Shown one piece after another: positions 40,948 through 50,680 of a DNA stretch of 64,000 nt. The DNA is from an uncultured Gemmatimonadales bacterium (GTDB lineage Bacteria; Gemmatimonadota; Gemmatimonadetes; Gemmatimonadales; Gemmatimonadaceae): positions 352,001 through 416,000 of the forward strand of contig CAWBZV010000005.1 of assembly GCA_963793305.1 (NCBI GenBank), in the 5' to 3' direction. Position 1 is the first letter of the stretch, and every line of letters starts with the position of its first letter. The notes under the pieces are model-generated. The model made no database searches, had not been told where the DNA came from, and saw only the letters and a list, made by a program, of their open reading frames with translations. Both the position numbers and the translations under genes were made by a program.

Positions 40948-42176
40948 TGGCGGCCCGTCGACTCGGCATCGGTTTCGTCGGGAGCGGATTCAACGCCCGA
41001 TTTCACATCCAGTCGCTCGTTGCCATCCGCGATGCCGACGTCATCGGCGTCTGGAGTCCCAACGCCACTCGCGCCGCCGAAGCCGCTGCCCTCGCCCGTT
41101 CTCTCGACGTCGGCAATGCTCGGCCATTCGCCTCGATCGCCGACATGGTTGCCGACCCGGCAATCGACGCACTGTGGATCTGCGGCCCAAATCAAGCGCG
41201 AATCGAGAATATAGAAGAGATGGTCGAAGCGTTGTCACGTGGCCGGGGCAAGCTCATTGGGGTCGCGTGCGAGAAGCCCTTGGCGCGAAATGTTGCCGAG
41301 GCGGAGAAGGTCGTCGCGCTCGTTCAAGGCGCCGGACTCGCACACGCGTACCTGGAGAACCAAGTCTACGCCCCGCAGGTTGCGCACGGCCGTACAACGA
41401 TATGGTCGCGCGGAGCGCGCCAAACAGGCCGCCCATATCTCGCCAGAGCCGCCGAGGAACACGGCGGCCCACACATGCCTTGGTTCTGGCAGGGCGCGCT
41501 CCAGGGTGGTGGCGTCCTCAATGATATGATGTGCCACTCGGCCCTCCTTGTTCGCCACTTATTGACGGGCCCAGGCGAGACGATCGCACCAAAGCGCGTG
41601 ACCGCCCATATCGCGAGCCTCAAATGGTCGCGCCCGGAATACGCCGCGCAACTCTCGAAGACGATGGGAGTCGACTATACCCGAACGCCGTCAGAAGACT
41701 TCGCCAGCATGACGATCGAGTTCGAAGCCCCCGATGGCCGCCTCGTGTTCGGCGAGGCGACGACCTCGTGGAGCTACGTCGGCGCCGGCCTGCGCTTATC
41801 GGCCGAGCTCCTCGGCCCCGAGTATTCGATGTCCTGGAACACGCTCAACAGCGGACTTCAGGTCTTTTTCAGCCGCGCGGTCGCCGGCGCGGCGGGGGAA
41901 GATATGATCGAGAAGCAGAACGCCGAGATCGGCCTCATGCCGCTCGTCACGAACGAGGCGGAGGCCTACGGCTACGTGGGCGAAAACCGCCACATCGTGC
42001 GCGCGTTCCTGCGCGGTGAAAAGCCGGACTACACGTTCGACGACGGGCTCGAGGTCGTGAAAATACTCATGACCGCGTACATGAGCGCGGAGCAAGGCAG
42101 GACGTTGTCTTTCCCGCCGAACGATCTGACGACGTTCGTCCCCCAAGTAGCCAAAGGGAGCTGGCGTCCTCAGTAG
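40947..42176 (+). CDS. Gfo/Idh/MocA oxidoreductase
   Basis: IGFVGSGFNARFH, CEKPLA, GGGVLNDMMCH. Confidence 0.88.
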   Translation: MAARRLGIGFVGSGFNARFHIQSLVAIRDADVIGVWSPNATRAAEAAALARSLDVGNARPFASIADMVADPAIDALWICGPNQARIENIEEMVEALSRGRGKLIGVACEKPLARNVAEAEKVVALVQGAGLAHAYLENQVYAPQVAHGRTTIWSRGARQTGRPYLARAAEEHGGPHMPWFWQGALQGGGVLNDMMCHSALLVRHLLTGPGETIAPKRVTAHIASLKWSRPEYAAQLSKTMGVDYTRTPSEDFASMTIEFEAPDGRLVFGEATTSWSYVGAGLRLSAELLGPEYSMSWNTLNSGLQVFFSRAVAGAAGEDMIEKQNAEIGLMPLVTNEAEAYGYVGENRHIVRAFLRGEKPDYTFDDGLEVVKILMTAYMSAEQGRTLSFPPNDLTTFVPQVAKGSWRPQ

Positions 42177-42973
42177 GTCAGTTGCCGTAAGTAGGTATAA
42201 CTGATCCGCGCATCATCCAGTGGAGCCGTCGGCTCGTCATGCTCGACGAAGATGTGCTTGAGCCCAGCCTGTTCGGAATGGCGAAAAATAGCGCCGAAGT
42301 CGATGGCGCCACGTCCGACGTCGACCATCTCGCCACTCTTGGTCATGTCTTTCGCATGCACCATCGGAAAGCGTCCTGGATATGCCGCGAAGTACTTGAT
42401 CGGATCCCACCCACCCTTGACCATCCAAAAGATGTCGCACTCCATCTGCACGAGCTTCGAATCGCATTCGTGCAGCAGGAGGTCGTAGGGGATGATGCCT
42501 TCGACCGTGTCGAACTCGAAGTCGTGATTGTGGTACGCGAACTGGATGCCGGCCTTCTGCGTCAGCTCCCCAAATTGGTTGTACTTGGCCGCGTTACGCT
42601 TGTATCCGTCGACGGTCCGGTCACTCTGATCGGTAAACGGACACACGATATACCGCTGCCCGATGACCCCGGCATCGTCGATGATCTTGTTCCAGTCACT
42701 CTTGAGCACGGCCACGTGCCCTGATGGCGCTCTGAGGCCCGCGCCATCCAGCATCTTCCGCATCTCAGCCGCCGTCTTGTCGTAGAATCCGGCGAGCTCC
42801 ACCTCGCGGTACCCGATGGACGCCAGTGCGGCGAGGGTCCCCGCCACATCGCGTTGCATGAGCGACCGAACCGTGTAGGCTTGTATGCCGATTGGCCCGA
42901 GCTTGCTCTTGCTGCGTAACCCGAGAGCGATCATCGCTTGTGTCGCATGCCGGATAAACGTTCGCCGAATCAT
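42170..42973 (-). CDS. Sugar phosphate isomerase/epimerase (AP endonuclease 2 TIM barrel), Tat-like signal
   Basis: MIRRTFI, GIQAYTVR, YHNHDFEF, ECDIFW, HAKDM, FVEHD. Confidence 0.85.
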   Translation of the reverse strand: MIRRTFIRHATQAMIALGLRSKSKLGPIGIQAYTVRSLMQRDVAGTLAALASIGYREVELAGFYDKTAAEMRKMLDGAGLRAPSGHVAVLKSDWNKIIDDAGVIGQRYIVCPFTDQSDRTVDGYKRNAAKYNQFGELTQKAGIQFAYHNHDFEFDTVEGIIPYDLLLHECDSKLVQMECDIFWMVKGGWDPIKYFAAYPGRFPMVHAKDMTKSGEMVDVGRGAIDFGAIFRHSEQAGLKHIFVEHDEPTAPLDDARISYTYLRQLTY

Positions 42974-43924
42974 ATGCCTGGTCCCATTGTGGTTCTCCGA
43001 GAGCCCGAGATCCGCTCGTTACTCGACCCCGCGTCGTGCATCGCCGCCGTCGAGCAAGCCTTCACGGCCTACGCGACCGGCGGCGCGGAGCTCCCCGGCG
43101 TGATCCACCTCGACGTGCCGGAGCATCGAGGCGAGATCCATATCAAAGCGGGTCATCTCCGCGGCGGCAACTGGTACGCGTGCAAGTTCGCATCCGGCTT
43201 CGCCGGACGGAACGATGGCGTCGTGCTGACGTTCGACGCGCGGACCGGGGCGCCTGCCGGGATCTTGTTCGATGGTGGCTATTTAACGGACCTGCGCACC
43301 GCCGCCGCCGGCGCCATCGCCGCCCGTCACCTGGCCGTTCCGTCAGTCGACACTGTAGCGATACTCGGCACCGGAATCCAGGCACGTCTCCAGCCTCGAC
43401 TCATAGCCACAGTCCGTCCATTTCGGTCAGCCCGGGTGTGGGGGAGACGTCACGACGCGGCCGAGGCGGTTGCTGCCGACATCGGAGGCACCGTCGCCGA
43501 GACAGTCGAGGCCGCTGTAAATGGCGCGCAAGTCATTATCACGGTCACCGCCAGCCGCACTCCGATCCTACGTGCGGAGTGGCTTACCCCGGGAGTGCTG
43601 GTGATCGCCGTCGGTTCCGATGGCCCGGACAAGCAAGAATTGGATGTCGGAGTTCTAGCCCGCGCCGATCGATTGGTTGCCGATTCCTTGCTACAATGCG
43701 CGAGACTTGGCGAGATCCATCATGCCCTGTCCGCCGGAGTCATCTCCGAACGTGACGTAACCGAGCTCGGCCAGATCACCTCAGGCCAGGCCCCAGGCCG
43801 TCGCACCCCGACCGAGACGATCGTGTGCGACTTGACCGGAGTAGGAGTACAAGATGTCGCCGCGGCGACGGTCGTGATGGAGCGCGCGCTGGCTACACGA
43901 GACCTTTACGAGCGGCGAATATAA
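42974..43924 (+). CDS. Ornithine cyclodeaminase/mu-crystallin family
   Basis: LTDLRTAAAG, GTGIQA, VGSD.P.KQEL, DLTGVGVQD. Confidence 0.88.
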   Translation: MPGPIVVLREPEIRSLLDPASCIAAVEQAFTAYATGGAELPGVIHLDVPEHRGEIHIKAGHLRGGNWYACKFASGFAGRNDGVVLTFDARTGAPAGILFDGGYLTDLRTAAAGAIAARHLAVPSVDTVAILGTGIQARLQPRLIATVRPFRSARVWGRRHDAAEAVAADIGGTVAETVEAAVNGAQVIITVTASRTPILRAEWLTPGVLVIAVGSDGPDKQELDVGVLARADRLVADSLLQCARLGEIHHALSAGVISERDVTELGQITSGQAPGRRTPTETIVCDLTGVGVQDVAAATVVMERALATRDLYERRI

Positions 43925-44336
43925 AATCGGTCGTCGCGGGTGTATCGCCGCGATCCCGCGTCAACATCGCCAATTGCCCGCGATGATACGCCGAGTGCAT
44001 GAGCACGTGCGTGAGCACGTCCTCGATGGAATTCTCGGACGCTTCACCCTTCGCGTTGGTATAGCGGAGTCTCGCGGAGAGATCGGGTCCGCTGGCGAGA
44101 TACGCACTCCACTCACTCGCGTCGGTCGCGAGCTCCGCGGCGCACTGATCGCGCGTGAGAGTGGGCCAGACCACGAGCGGGCTAGCCCGCCCGGTCAGCC
44201 GCGACAGCCATGTGCGTTGTGATCCGGCGAGGTGCCCGAGGATGGCGAGCGCACGAGGCGATGGCGTCTCCGGGAGCGCCGCGATCGACTCGCGATTCGC
44301 CCACGCGTCGTAACCAAAGAGTCGAGGGAAGTTCAT
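43893..44336 (-). CDS. DinB-family protein
   Basis: YDAWAN, GHL...WLSRL, HSAYHRGQ. Confidence 0.85.
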   Translation of the reverse strand: MNFPRLFGYDAWANRESIAALPETPSPRALAILGHLAGSQRTWLSRLTGRASPLVVWPTLTRDQCAAELATDASEWSAYLASGPDLSARLRYTNAKGEASENSIEDVLTHVLMHSAYHRGQLAMLTRDRGDTPATTDFIFAARKGLV

Positions 44337-44767
44337 TCGACGATGATCGTCCCTTGCATGCCGAGCGACTGATGCGGCAAGCAGTAGAACTTGTACGCGC
44401 CGGGCTTGACGTCTTTGAACGTGATCACGTACGAATCATCAGGGTTCGGCACCAGCGGACCCGTGAGCTTGGCCTGTTGCCGCGGCATGTCCGCGTCGAG
44501 CGTCGGCGCGGCGCCCTCTGGGATGTCCTGCGGATCGAACGTGATGTTGTGCGGCCCCCCTGAGACGGTCACGAACTTCACGCTCTGCCCGGCTTTGATT
44601 CGTACCATCGATGGTTTGAACGAATATCCAGCGCTCGAGCCAATCATTTGCACGGTGACCGTGTCGCCGGCTGCGTTTCCAGTGCGGACGGCTGGGGCTG
44701 GATGCGCAGCGAGTAGCACGACCGTTGCAACGAATACCGTGAGCGTGCCAATCCCGAGCTTATGCAT
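44333..44767 (-). CDS. Plastocyanin/azurin-like blue copper protein
   Basis: Signal peptide, PHNITF, YCLPHQSLGM type-1 copper ligands. Confidence 0.9.
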   Translation of the reverse strand: MHKLGIGTLTVFVATVVLLAAHPAPAVRTGNAAGDTVTVQMIGSSAGYSFKPSMVRIKAGQSVKFVTVSGGPHNITFDPQDIPEGAAPTLDADMPRQQAKLTGPLVPNPDDSYVITFKDVKPGAYKFYCLPHQSLGMQGTIIVE

Positions 44768-44815
44768 GTGTTTCTCTGTATATATTGGGTAAGCCTATTA
44801 CGAGGAGAGAAGGGA

Positions 44816-45148
44816 ATGAGCACAATATGGCGTGTCGGCAACGCAGTGGGCACTCTCGTCGTTGTGGTTGCGATGGCCGGCTGTTCGAATGGGGACAAGC
44901 AGCTGGCCAATGGTGACCTCGGTTTGACGGGGACCATTCACTCGGTGCAAGCGAGTGACGGCAGTACGTGCTGGACGCTGACGTCGGCGTCGGGCAAGAC
45001 GTACGAGCTGCAGCCCGCGCAAGCGCCACAAGATCTGCTCGTCGATGGCAAGCAAGCGACGATCACGGCCAAGCCGCGCTCCGGAGGCAGCTTCTGCAAG
45101 ATGGGGCAGATCATCGACGTGGTGCGGGACTCGACAGCGAAGACCTGA
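44816..45148 (+). CDS. Hypothetical lipoprotein
   Basis: RBS, lipobox MAGC, CW...YEL...SFCKMG.II. Confidence 0.7.
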   Translation: MSTIWRVGNAVGTLVVVVAMAGCSNGDKQLANGDLGLTGTIHSVQASDGSTCWTLTSASGKTYELQPAQAPQDLLVDGKQATITAKPRSGGSFCKMGQIIDVVRDSTAKT

Positions 45149-45209
45149 TCGCCCGCTCAACAAACTGTTGCCTTGCGTGAGTCGCAGCGCCCCGCACATC
45201 GTTGGGGCG

Positions 45210-46119
45210 ATGCTGGCTCGTGCGCTGATTCTCGTCTGTCTGGCCATGGCTGGGCCCGCATGGGCTCAGACGTGTCATTTGCCGCCGGATAGCCACGAGG
45301 CGCGCCTCCTGGCCTTCTTCGAGGCTCCTCTGGCGTTCTCGACCGCGACCGGACCAGAGCAGCACGAGCCGCTCACCGTACGGCTCGGCGTCGAGGTGTC
45401 GCCACTCCCGTCGCCGGACTCCTCGCTGCGAGAGACCGGCGCGTGCTACCTCGCCAAAAGCGAGCACACGACGCTGGCGCCAGTCTTCCCGCGTCCCCGG
45501 ATTACCGTGTGGTTGCCATTCGGTTTCGCGGCCGAGGCGAGCTACGATCCGCCGATTCCCATCGGCCAGGCGAATGTCAACGTCGGGAGCCTGGCCCTCG
45601 CGTACACCCACCGCATCGTGAGCCTTCCGGGCGTTGACCTGGCGCTCGGGCTCCGCGCGCAAGGCACGCTCGGACATATCACGGGTCCGATCACCTGCCC
45701 ACAGTCCGCACTGCAGCTCACGGACACGTCGGCCGCATGCTACGGCACGAAGCCGTCAAAGGATGCATTCAATCCGGCGATGTACGGCGTCGAGGGATCG
45801 CTCGGCGCGTCGTTCCTGAGCGGCCATCTCCGCCACGTACGTCGGCGGCGGGCTGTCCCGCCTCTACCCGACGTTCGATGTCGGATTTCATTCGGCTTCC
45901 TACTCGATAACGTATGGCGGGACTCCCGGGGTTGGCCTGGGCTACGGGTCTCCGACACCATACCTGCCGCACTTGGTCGTCGACCTCACGCGAGGCACCG
46001 TATTCGGCGGCGTCGTCTGGCACGTGACGCGCGCGTTCGACGTGAATACGCAGGTCTACTCGGTGCCGAAAGACGTCACCACCTTCCGATTCGGCGCCGG
46101 CTACCGACTCGGTACCTAG
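45210..46119 (+). pseudogene. Hypothetical outer membrane beta-barrel protein, frameshifted near 45831
   Basis: Signal peptide. Removing one C gives ...GHLATYVGGGLSRLYPTFDVGF...TTFRFGAGYRLGT with a stop at 46117-46119. Confidence 0.6.
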
Positions 46120-46340
46120 TGCAGCGCGAGCCAGTCTCCTCATCGTCCATCGCCTCCGTCGGGTACGACGAGGCAACCGCGACGCTGGAGATCGAGTTTC
46201 ACAACGGCCGCATCTATAAATTCCGGGGCGTGCCGCCACAGATGGCCGTGGCGTTGCGCGCCGCTCCATCCACTGGCGCGTACTTCAACAAATATGTCCG
46301 CAATGGCGGCTACGAATTCACGTTGGTTCGCGAGCGGTAA
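46119..46340 (+). CDS. KTSC-domain protein
   Basis: REPVSSSSIASVGYD...LEIEFHNGRIY.FRGVP...APSTGAYFNKYVR. Confidence 0.85.
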   Translation: MQREPVSSSSIASVGYDEATATLEIEFHNGRIYKFRGVPPQMAVALRAAPSTGAYFNKYVRNGGYEFTLVRER

Positions 46341-46983
46341 GACCTGGATCTGGATCGTGATCGCGCTCGTCGCTTTCGTGGCGGCGTCGCTGATCGATAC
46401 GTGGGCGTTCCATCATCTCCAGAAGCCGAACGTCTACGATCAGGATTGGGGCCGAGCCCTGCGTTCAGTCGGCTACTGGCCGCTGTGGATGCTCCTCGCC
46501 CTGGCACTCTGGCTCGTCGACCGCAAACGCGGCCAGGGCTACCGTCGCGCGGCGTTCCTCGCCGGTTCCATCACCGTTGCGGGCATCCTCGGCGAGATCC
46601 TCAAGCTCATCGTCCGTCGTGAGCGCCCGGGCACACACGACGGCCTCTATGGATTCCGTCCGTTCGCGGATCACCCGTTCAGTAGCCGCAACTTCGGGAT
46701 GCCGAGTAGCCACGCCGTCATTGCGTTCTCCGGCGCGGCCGCGCTCAGCGTTCTCTTTCCCGAAGCGACCGTGGTCTGGTACGCGCTCGCCATCGGCTGT
46801 GGCGTGACACGCGTGCTCTCCGGCGCCCACTTCGTGAGCGACGTTGTCGCCGGTGCCGCGATCGGCATCGCCGTCTCTATCGTCATCGCGCGCCGGCTCG
46901 GCTCAGCCGAGCTCCGTCCAATCGACCAGTCGAGCAGCGCTTGCGCTGCATCGACGCGCGGCGGAGCCGCCGTCCGGCCCTAG
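46303..46983 (+). CDS. PAP2-family phosphatase; C-terminus runs through repeat copy D (start uncertain)
   Basis: KLIVRRERP, PSSH, TRVLSGAHFVSDV. Confidence 0.85.
   Translation: MAATNSRWFASGKTWIWIVIALVAFVAASLIDTWAFHHLQKPNVYDQDWGRALRSVGYWPLWMLLALALWLVDRKRGQGYRRAAFLAGSITVAGILGEILKLIVRRERPGTHDGLYGFRPFADHPFSSRNFGMPSSHAVIAFSGAAALSVLFPEATVVWYALAIGCGVTRVLSGAHFVSDVVAGAAIGIAVSIVIARRLGSAELRPIDQSSSACAASTRGGAAVRP
46896..46970 (+). repeat. Palindromic repeat copy D
   Basis: gctcggc-tca-gccgagc...gaccagtcgagcagcgcttgcgctgcatcgacgcgcggcggagccgc. Confidence 0.9.
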
Positions 46984-48824
46984 TGCGGCTGCGCTGATTC
47001 CCGCGGGATCGACATCGCACCGGCGGCTTTCGCCCTCTCGTACGCCGCATCGAGATCGTGCTTTTCTTGCTCGTGCCGCGCGTCGCGCTCGGCGGCGCTC
47101 TCACCCTCTTTCGGGTGCTCTTTCTCCGAGCGCTGCCGGTCGTCGAGCTCCGCCTTCTGTCTTTCGTAGTCGGCTTCCAGCGCCGGCGACACCTGTCCCG
47201 CCTTCCAAGCCTTCCCATTTGACATGGGAGTCAGCCGAGCCGGCGCGGCCGCAGGCTCGGTCGGCGGCGTCGCCGCAGTTGTCGCAGTCGCAGTTGCACT
47301 CGGCGCACTCGCGGTTACCGGCCTCGCTGGCTGCGCAGAGATGAGAGTCGGCTCAGTACGCGCAGGCGAAGCCGCGCGCGCCGCCGGGTGAATAACGACC
47401 ACGTCGTGCCGCTCCGCCGTCGGCGCATGAATCGCCACGACGGCTCTGGCCGACGTAGCCGCCGGCGGTACCGCGCGAGAAACAGGCACGATCCGCACCG
47501 GCTGCACGGCTGGCGCCCCAGCGATGATGCTCACCACTTTCACCTGGCTGACCACCAGATGCTGCTCCACGTGCTGCTGCGTCGCGAACGTCTGCTGCTG
47601 CACCACGGTGACGGCATTCGGCGCCGCACTATTCCGATACTTGACGGCGCTCAGCCCTTCGGGATTGATCCGCGCCCGATACGCGGGACTGGCCGCGTAC
47701 GACGGCTGATACGGCTCCCCCGGCCCAAGCGGCACCCACGCCACCGTGGCCGCATTCGGAGCTGTCGCATTGACGAACGAGACAAGCGCCGGTGCATACG
47801 CCGGCGGCGCGCTCGTCGGTCGTCCCGGACACCACCCCCACGCGCCATTGCGATACGCCCACCGACCGTAGTGATACGGCGCATATCCCCACGGCGCCGC
47901 ATCAACCCAAGTCCATCCCCACGGCCGCACAAACGCCCATCGCCCGGCTCTATACGGCACCCACCCGGGCGCGACCGTCGTCGGAGTCCACACCGGCCCG
48001 AGCTCGGGATCAAGCTCCCATCGGCCATACCCCGCAAGGTCCGCCGCGCCCGGCATGCTCACCGGCACATACTGGAGCCCCGCGGTCAACCGATCCCGGT
48101 CGGCGTCACGCTGCATCCCCCAGCGATCGAACGCATCGGGCGGCGCCGCATCCGCGAGCTGAAACGTCGGCGCATCACCTGGCCCACTCACCGTCGCGGT
48201 CTGCCGTGCGTTGACGACGAACGATGACCCGGCCTCACTCACCGTCGCCTCTCCACCCCAGACCGTGACCGTCGTCGTCATCCCGTCCGGCGAGACGTCG
48301 ACGCGATACACGCCGGGCCGATCCGCGGACACCGCGGCGTTCGGCGCATCGATCTCGTGCTCCTCGCCATTCTCGCCGCCCAATACGCGCTCGGTGAGCG
48401 CGCCCTGCGGCAATCGCACCTGTACCGTGCGATCATCGAGCTCCACGACATCGAGCTCCGACTGCGGCCCGACGCGCATGACGACCGCGCCGACATCGAC
48501 CTCGGCCCTCGAGTCAACGTCCGTCCACACCCGATCAAGCGACGCCACCGGCCAGTTCGCCTCGGCTGGTGCCCACTCGTCCGTCTCGGCGGGCCGGAAC
48601 GACACCGTGCCCATCACGAGGCCTAGCCGTCCCACCCGCGTGGGCGGATCAGGCATCGCCACCGGTGGCGGCGGAGGTGGCGCCTGTTGCACCGATGGTG
48701 CGGGCGGCGGCGCCTGGGCCACCGTGGCCGGCTGTGGCGCCCCCTGCGGAGGCGGCACGACCGTCACGGAGCAAGCGGCGATGGCGACGATAGCGAAAGC
48801 GAGAATGGCGGTGCGGGAACTCAT
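46980..48824 (-). CDS. DUF6600/FecR-like lipoprotein
   Basis: Lipobox IAAC, DPPTRVGRL, GVYRVDV, WVPYRAGRW..PWGWTWVD.APWGYAPYHYGRW. Confidence 0.78.
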   Translation of the reverse strand: MSSRTAILAFAIVAIAACSVTVVPPPQGAPQPATVAQAPPPAPSVQQAPPPPPPVAMPDPPTRVGRLGLVMGTVSFRPAETDEWAPAEANWPVASLDRVWTDVDSRAEVDVGAVVMRVGPQSELDVVELDDRTVQVRLPQGALTERVLGGENGEEHEIDAPNAAVSADRPGVYRVDVSPDGMTTTVTVWGGEATVSEAGSSFVVNARQTATVSGPGDAPTFQLADAAPPDAFDRWGMQRDADRDRLTAGLQYVPVSMPGAADLAGYGRWELDPELGPVWTPTTVAPGWVPYRAGRWAFVRPWGWTWVDAAPWGYAPYHYGRWAYRNGAWGWCPGRPTSAPPAYAPALVSFVNATAPNAATVAWVPLGPGEPYQPSYAASPAYRARINPEGLSAVKYRNSAAPNAVTVVQQQTFATQQHVEQHLVVSQVKVVSIIAGAPAVQPVRIVPVSRAVPPAATSARAVVAIHAPTAERHDVVVIHPAARAASPARTEPTLISAQPARPVTASAPSATATATTAATPPTEPAAAPARLTPMSNGKAWKAGQVSPALEADYERQKAELDDRQRSEKEHPKEGESAAERDARHEQEKHDLDAAYERAKAAGAMSIPRESAQPH

Positions 48825-48946
48825 ATGATCGGATCTCCGGGTTCGATGCAACCCTGCCGAAGGGGTGACGCGGCACCCGGTATCCGGTCACTCAACCAGG
48901 ATTCGGCACTGGGTTCTGATCCGGAGGTTCGCTAGACTCTTTCTCG

Positions 48947-50680
48947 ATGCGCTTTCTCGCAACCCTGGTCTTCGGTCTCGCGACGACCGCACACGCCCAG
49001 TCCGATGAGTGGACGGTTCCGGCGAAGGACTATGCCGCCACGCGCTACAGCAGCCTCGCCCAGCTCACGTCCGCGAATGTCAAAAGCCTCCATCCGGTCT
49101 GGACGTTCTCCACCGGTGTGCTCGGCGGCCACGAGGGCCAACCGCTGGTCGTCAAGCATACGATGTACGTGGTCACGCCGTACCCGAACGTGCTCTACGC
49201 GTTCGACCTCACGCAGGACGGCTACCCACTGAAGTGGAAGTACCGCCCGGCCGTGGACCAGAATGCCGTCGGTCTCTCGTGCTGCGATGTCGTCAATCGG
49301 GGTGCGTCATACGCCGATGGCAAGATCGTCTACAACCTGCTCGACGGTCATACGGTTGCGATCGACGCCGCGACCGGACGCGAGCTCTGGAAAACGCCAA
49401 TCGCCGATTTGACTCGCGGCGAGACCGTCACGATGGCGCCGTTCGTCGTGAAGAATCGCGTCATCGTCGGCGCGTCCGGCGGAGAATTTGGCATACTCGG
49501 CTCGATCAAGGCGCTCGATCTCGCCTCGGGCCACCTCGTCTGGACCGCGACCAACCTCGGCCCGGACTCGTCGATGCACATCGGGGCCAACTTCAAGTCG
49601 TTGTACGACACCGGGTCCAACCTCGGCGTGACGACGTGGCCGACCGACGCCTGGAAGCACGGTGGTGGTCCGGTGTGGGGCTGGCTCTCCTATGATTCGA
49701 CGCTGGACCTCGTGTACTACGGCTCGGGGAATCCCGGCCCGTACAATCCCGAGCAGCGGGCCGGCGACAACAAGTGGACCGCGAGCGTGATGGCGCGTCG
49801 TCCCTCGGATGGCTCGCTCGTGTGGGCGTATCAGTTCACGCCCCACGACAGCTGGGACTACGATGCGACGGCCGAGATGGTCCTTGTCGATCTCACGATC
49901 GCTGGCAAGCCTCGCAAAGCACTCGTCCACTTCGACAAGAACGGTTTCGCCTACACGCTGGACCGTGCCACGGGCGAGCTGCTGGTGGCCGAGCCGTATG
50001 TCGACGTGAACTGGGCGACGAAGATCGACCTGACGACCGGTCGCCCGGTGCTCAACTCCACGAAAGCCACGGGCGCCTCGCGCGGCAACGTGCGCGACAT
50101 TTGTCCGACGTTGGAAGGCGGCAAGAGTCCCGCATCACCCGTGTCGTACTCGCCGCAGACAAAGCTTTTCTATGCCTCGACGAACAACATGTGCATGGAC
50201 TACGAGGCCGCGCAGTCCACGTATCTTGCCGGCACGCCGTTCCTCGGCGCGAACACCCCATATCACGCCGGCCGCGGCGGTAATCTCGGGTTTTTTATTT
50301 CGTGGGATCCCACGACCGGTCATAAAGTGTGGCAAATCCCGGAACGCTATCCCGTCTGGAGCGGAAGTCTCGCCACGCGGGGCAATGTCGTTTTCTACGG
50401 GACACTCGACGGCTGGTTCAAAGCGGTGGATGCGACGACGGGCCGCGCGCTCTGGAAATTCAAGGTCGGCTCGGGCGTCGTCGGCAGCCCGATCACGTAC
50501 ACCGGTCCCGACGGCAAACAATACGTCGCGATCTATGCTGGCATCGGCGGCGACTGGTTTCTGTTATCGGGCGACTACCGATCCGATGATCCCGCTGATG
50601 TGCGCGACCCCGCGGACTTCGCCCGCGATCTCGCCCGGTACACGAGCCAAGGTGGCATCGTATGGATCTTCGCGCTCTGA
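48947..50680 (+). CDS. PQQ-dependent methanol/ethanol-family dehydrogenase, XoxF-like active site
   Basis: Signal peptide, FSTGVL.GHEG.PLVV, CCDVVNRG, SGGEFG, GNPGP, TPHDSWDYD. Confidence 0.9.
   Translation: MRFLATLVFGLATTAHAQSDEWTVPAKDYAATRYSSLAQLTSANVKSLHPVWTFSTGVLGGHEGQPLVVKHTMYVVTPYPNVLYAFDLTQDGYPLKWKYRPAVDQNAVGLSCCDVVNRGASYADGKIVYNLLDGHTVAIDAATGRELWKTPIADLTRGETVTMAPFVVKNRVIVGASGGEFGILGSIKALDLASGHLVWTATNLGPDSSMHIGANFKSLYDTGSNLGVTTWPTDAWKHGGGPVWGWLSYDSTLDLVYYGSGNPGPYNPEQRAGDNKWTASVMARRPSDGSLVWAYQFTPHDSWDYDATAEMVLVDLTIAGKPRKALVHFDKNGFAYTLDRATGELLVAEPYVDVNWATKIDLTTGRPVLNSTKATGASRGNVRDICPTLEGGKSPASPVSYSPQTKLFYASTNNMCMDYEAAQSTYLAGTPFLGANTPYHAGRGGNLGFFISWDPTTGHKVWQIPERYPVWSGSLATRGNVVFYGTLDGWFKAVDATTGRALWKFKVGSGVVGSPITYTGPDGKQYVAIYAGIGGDWFLLSGDYRSDDPADVRDPADFARDLARYTSQGGIVWIFAL

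Noticed and set aside
45045..46340. Outer membrane protein-KTSC fusion (431-aa ORF in the track)
   Set aside because: Artefact of the +1 frameshift near 45831; the corrected gene stops at 46119, where KTSC starts.
48825..48946. Riboswitch between the DUF6600 and PQQ dehydrogenase genes
   Set aside because: An imperfect stem-loop is possible, but no conserved aptamer motif was recognised.
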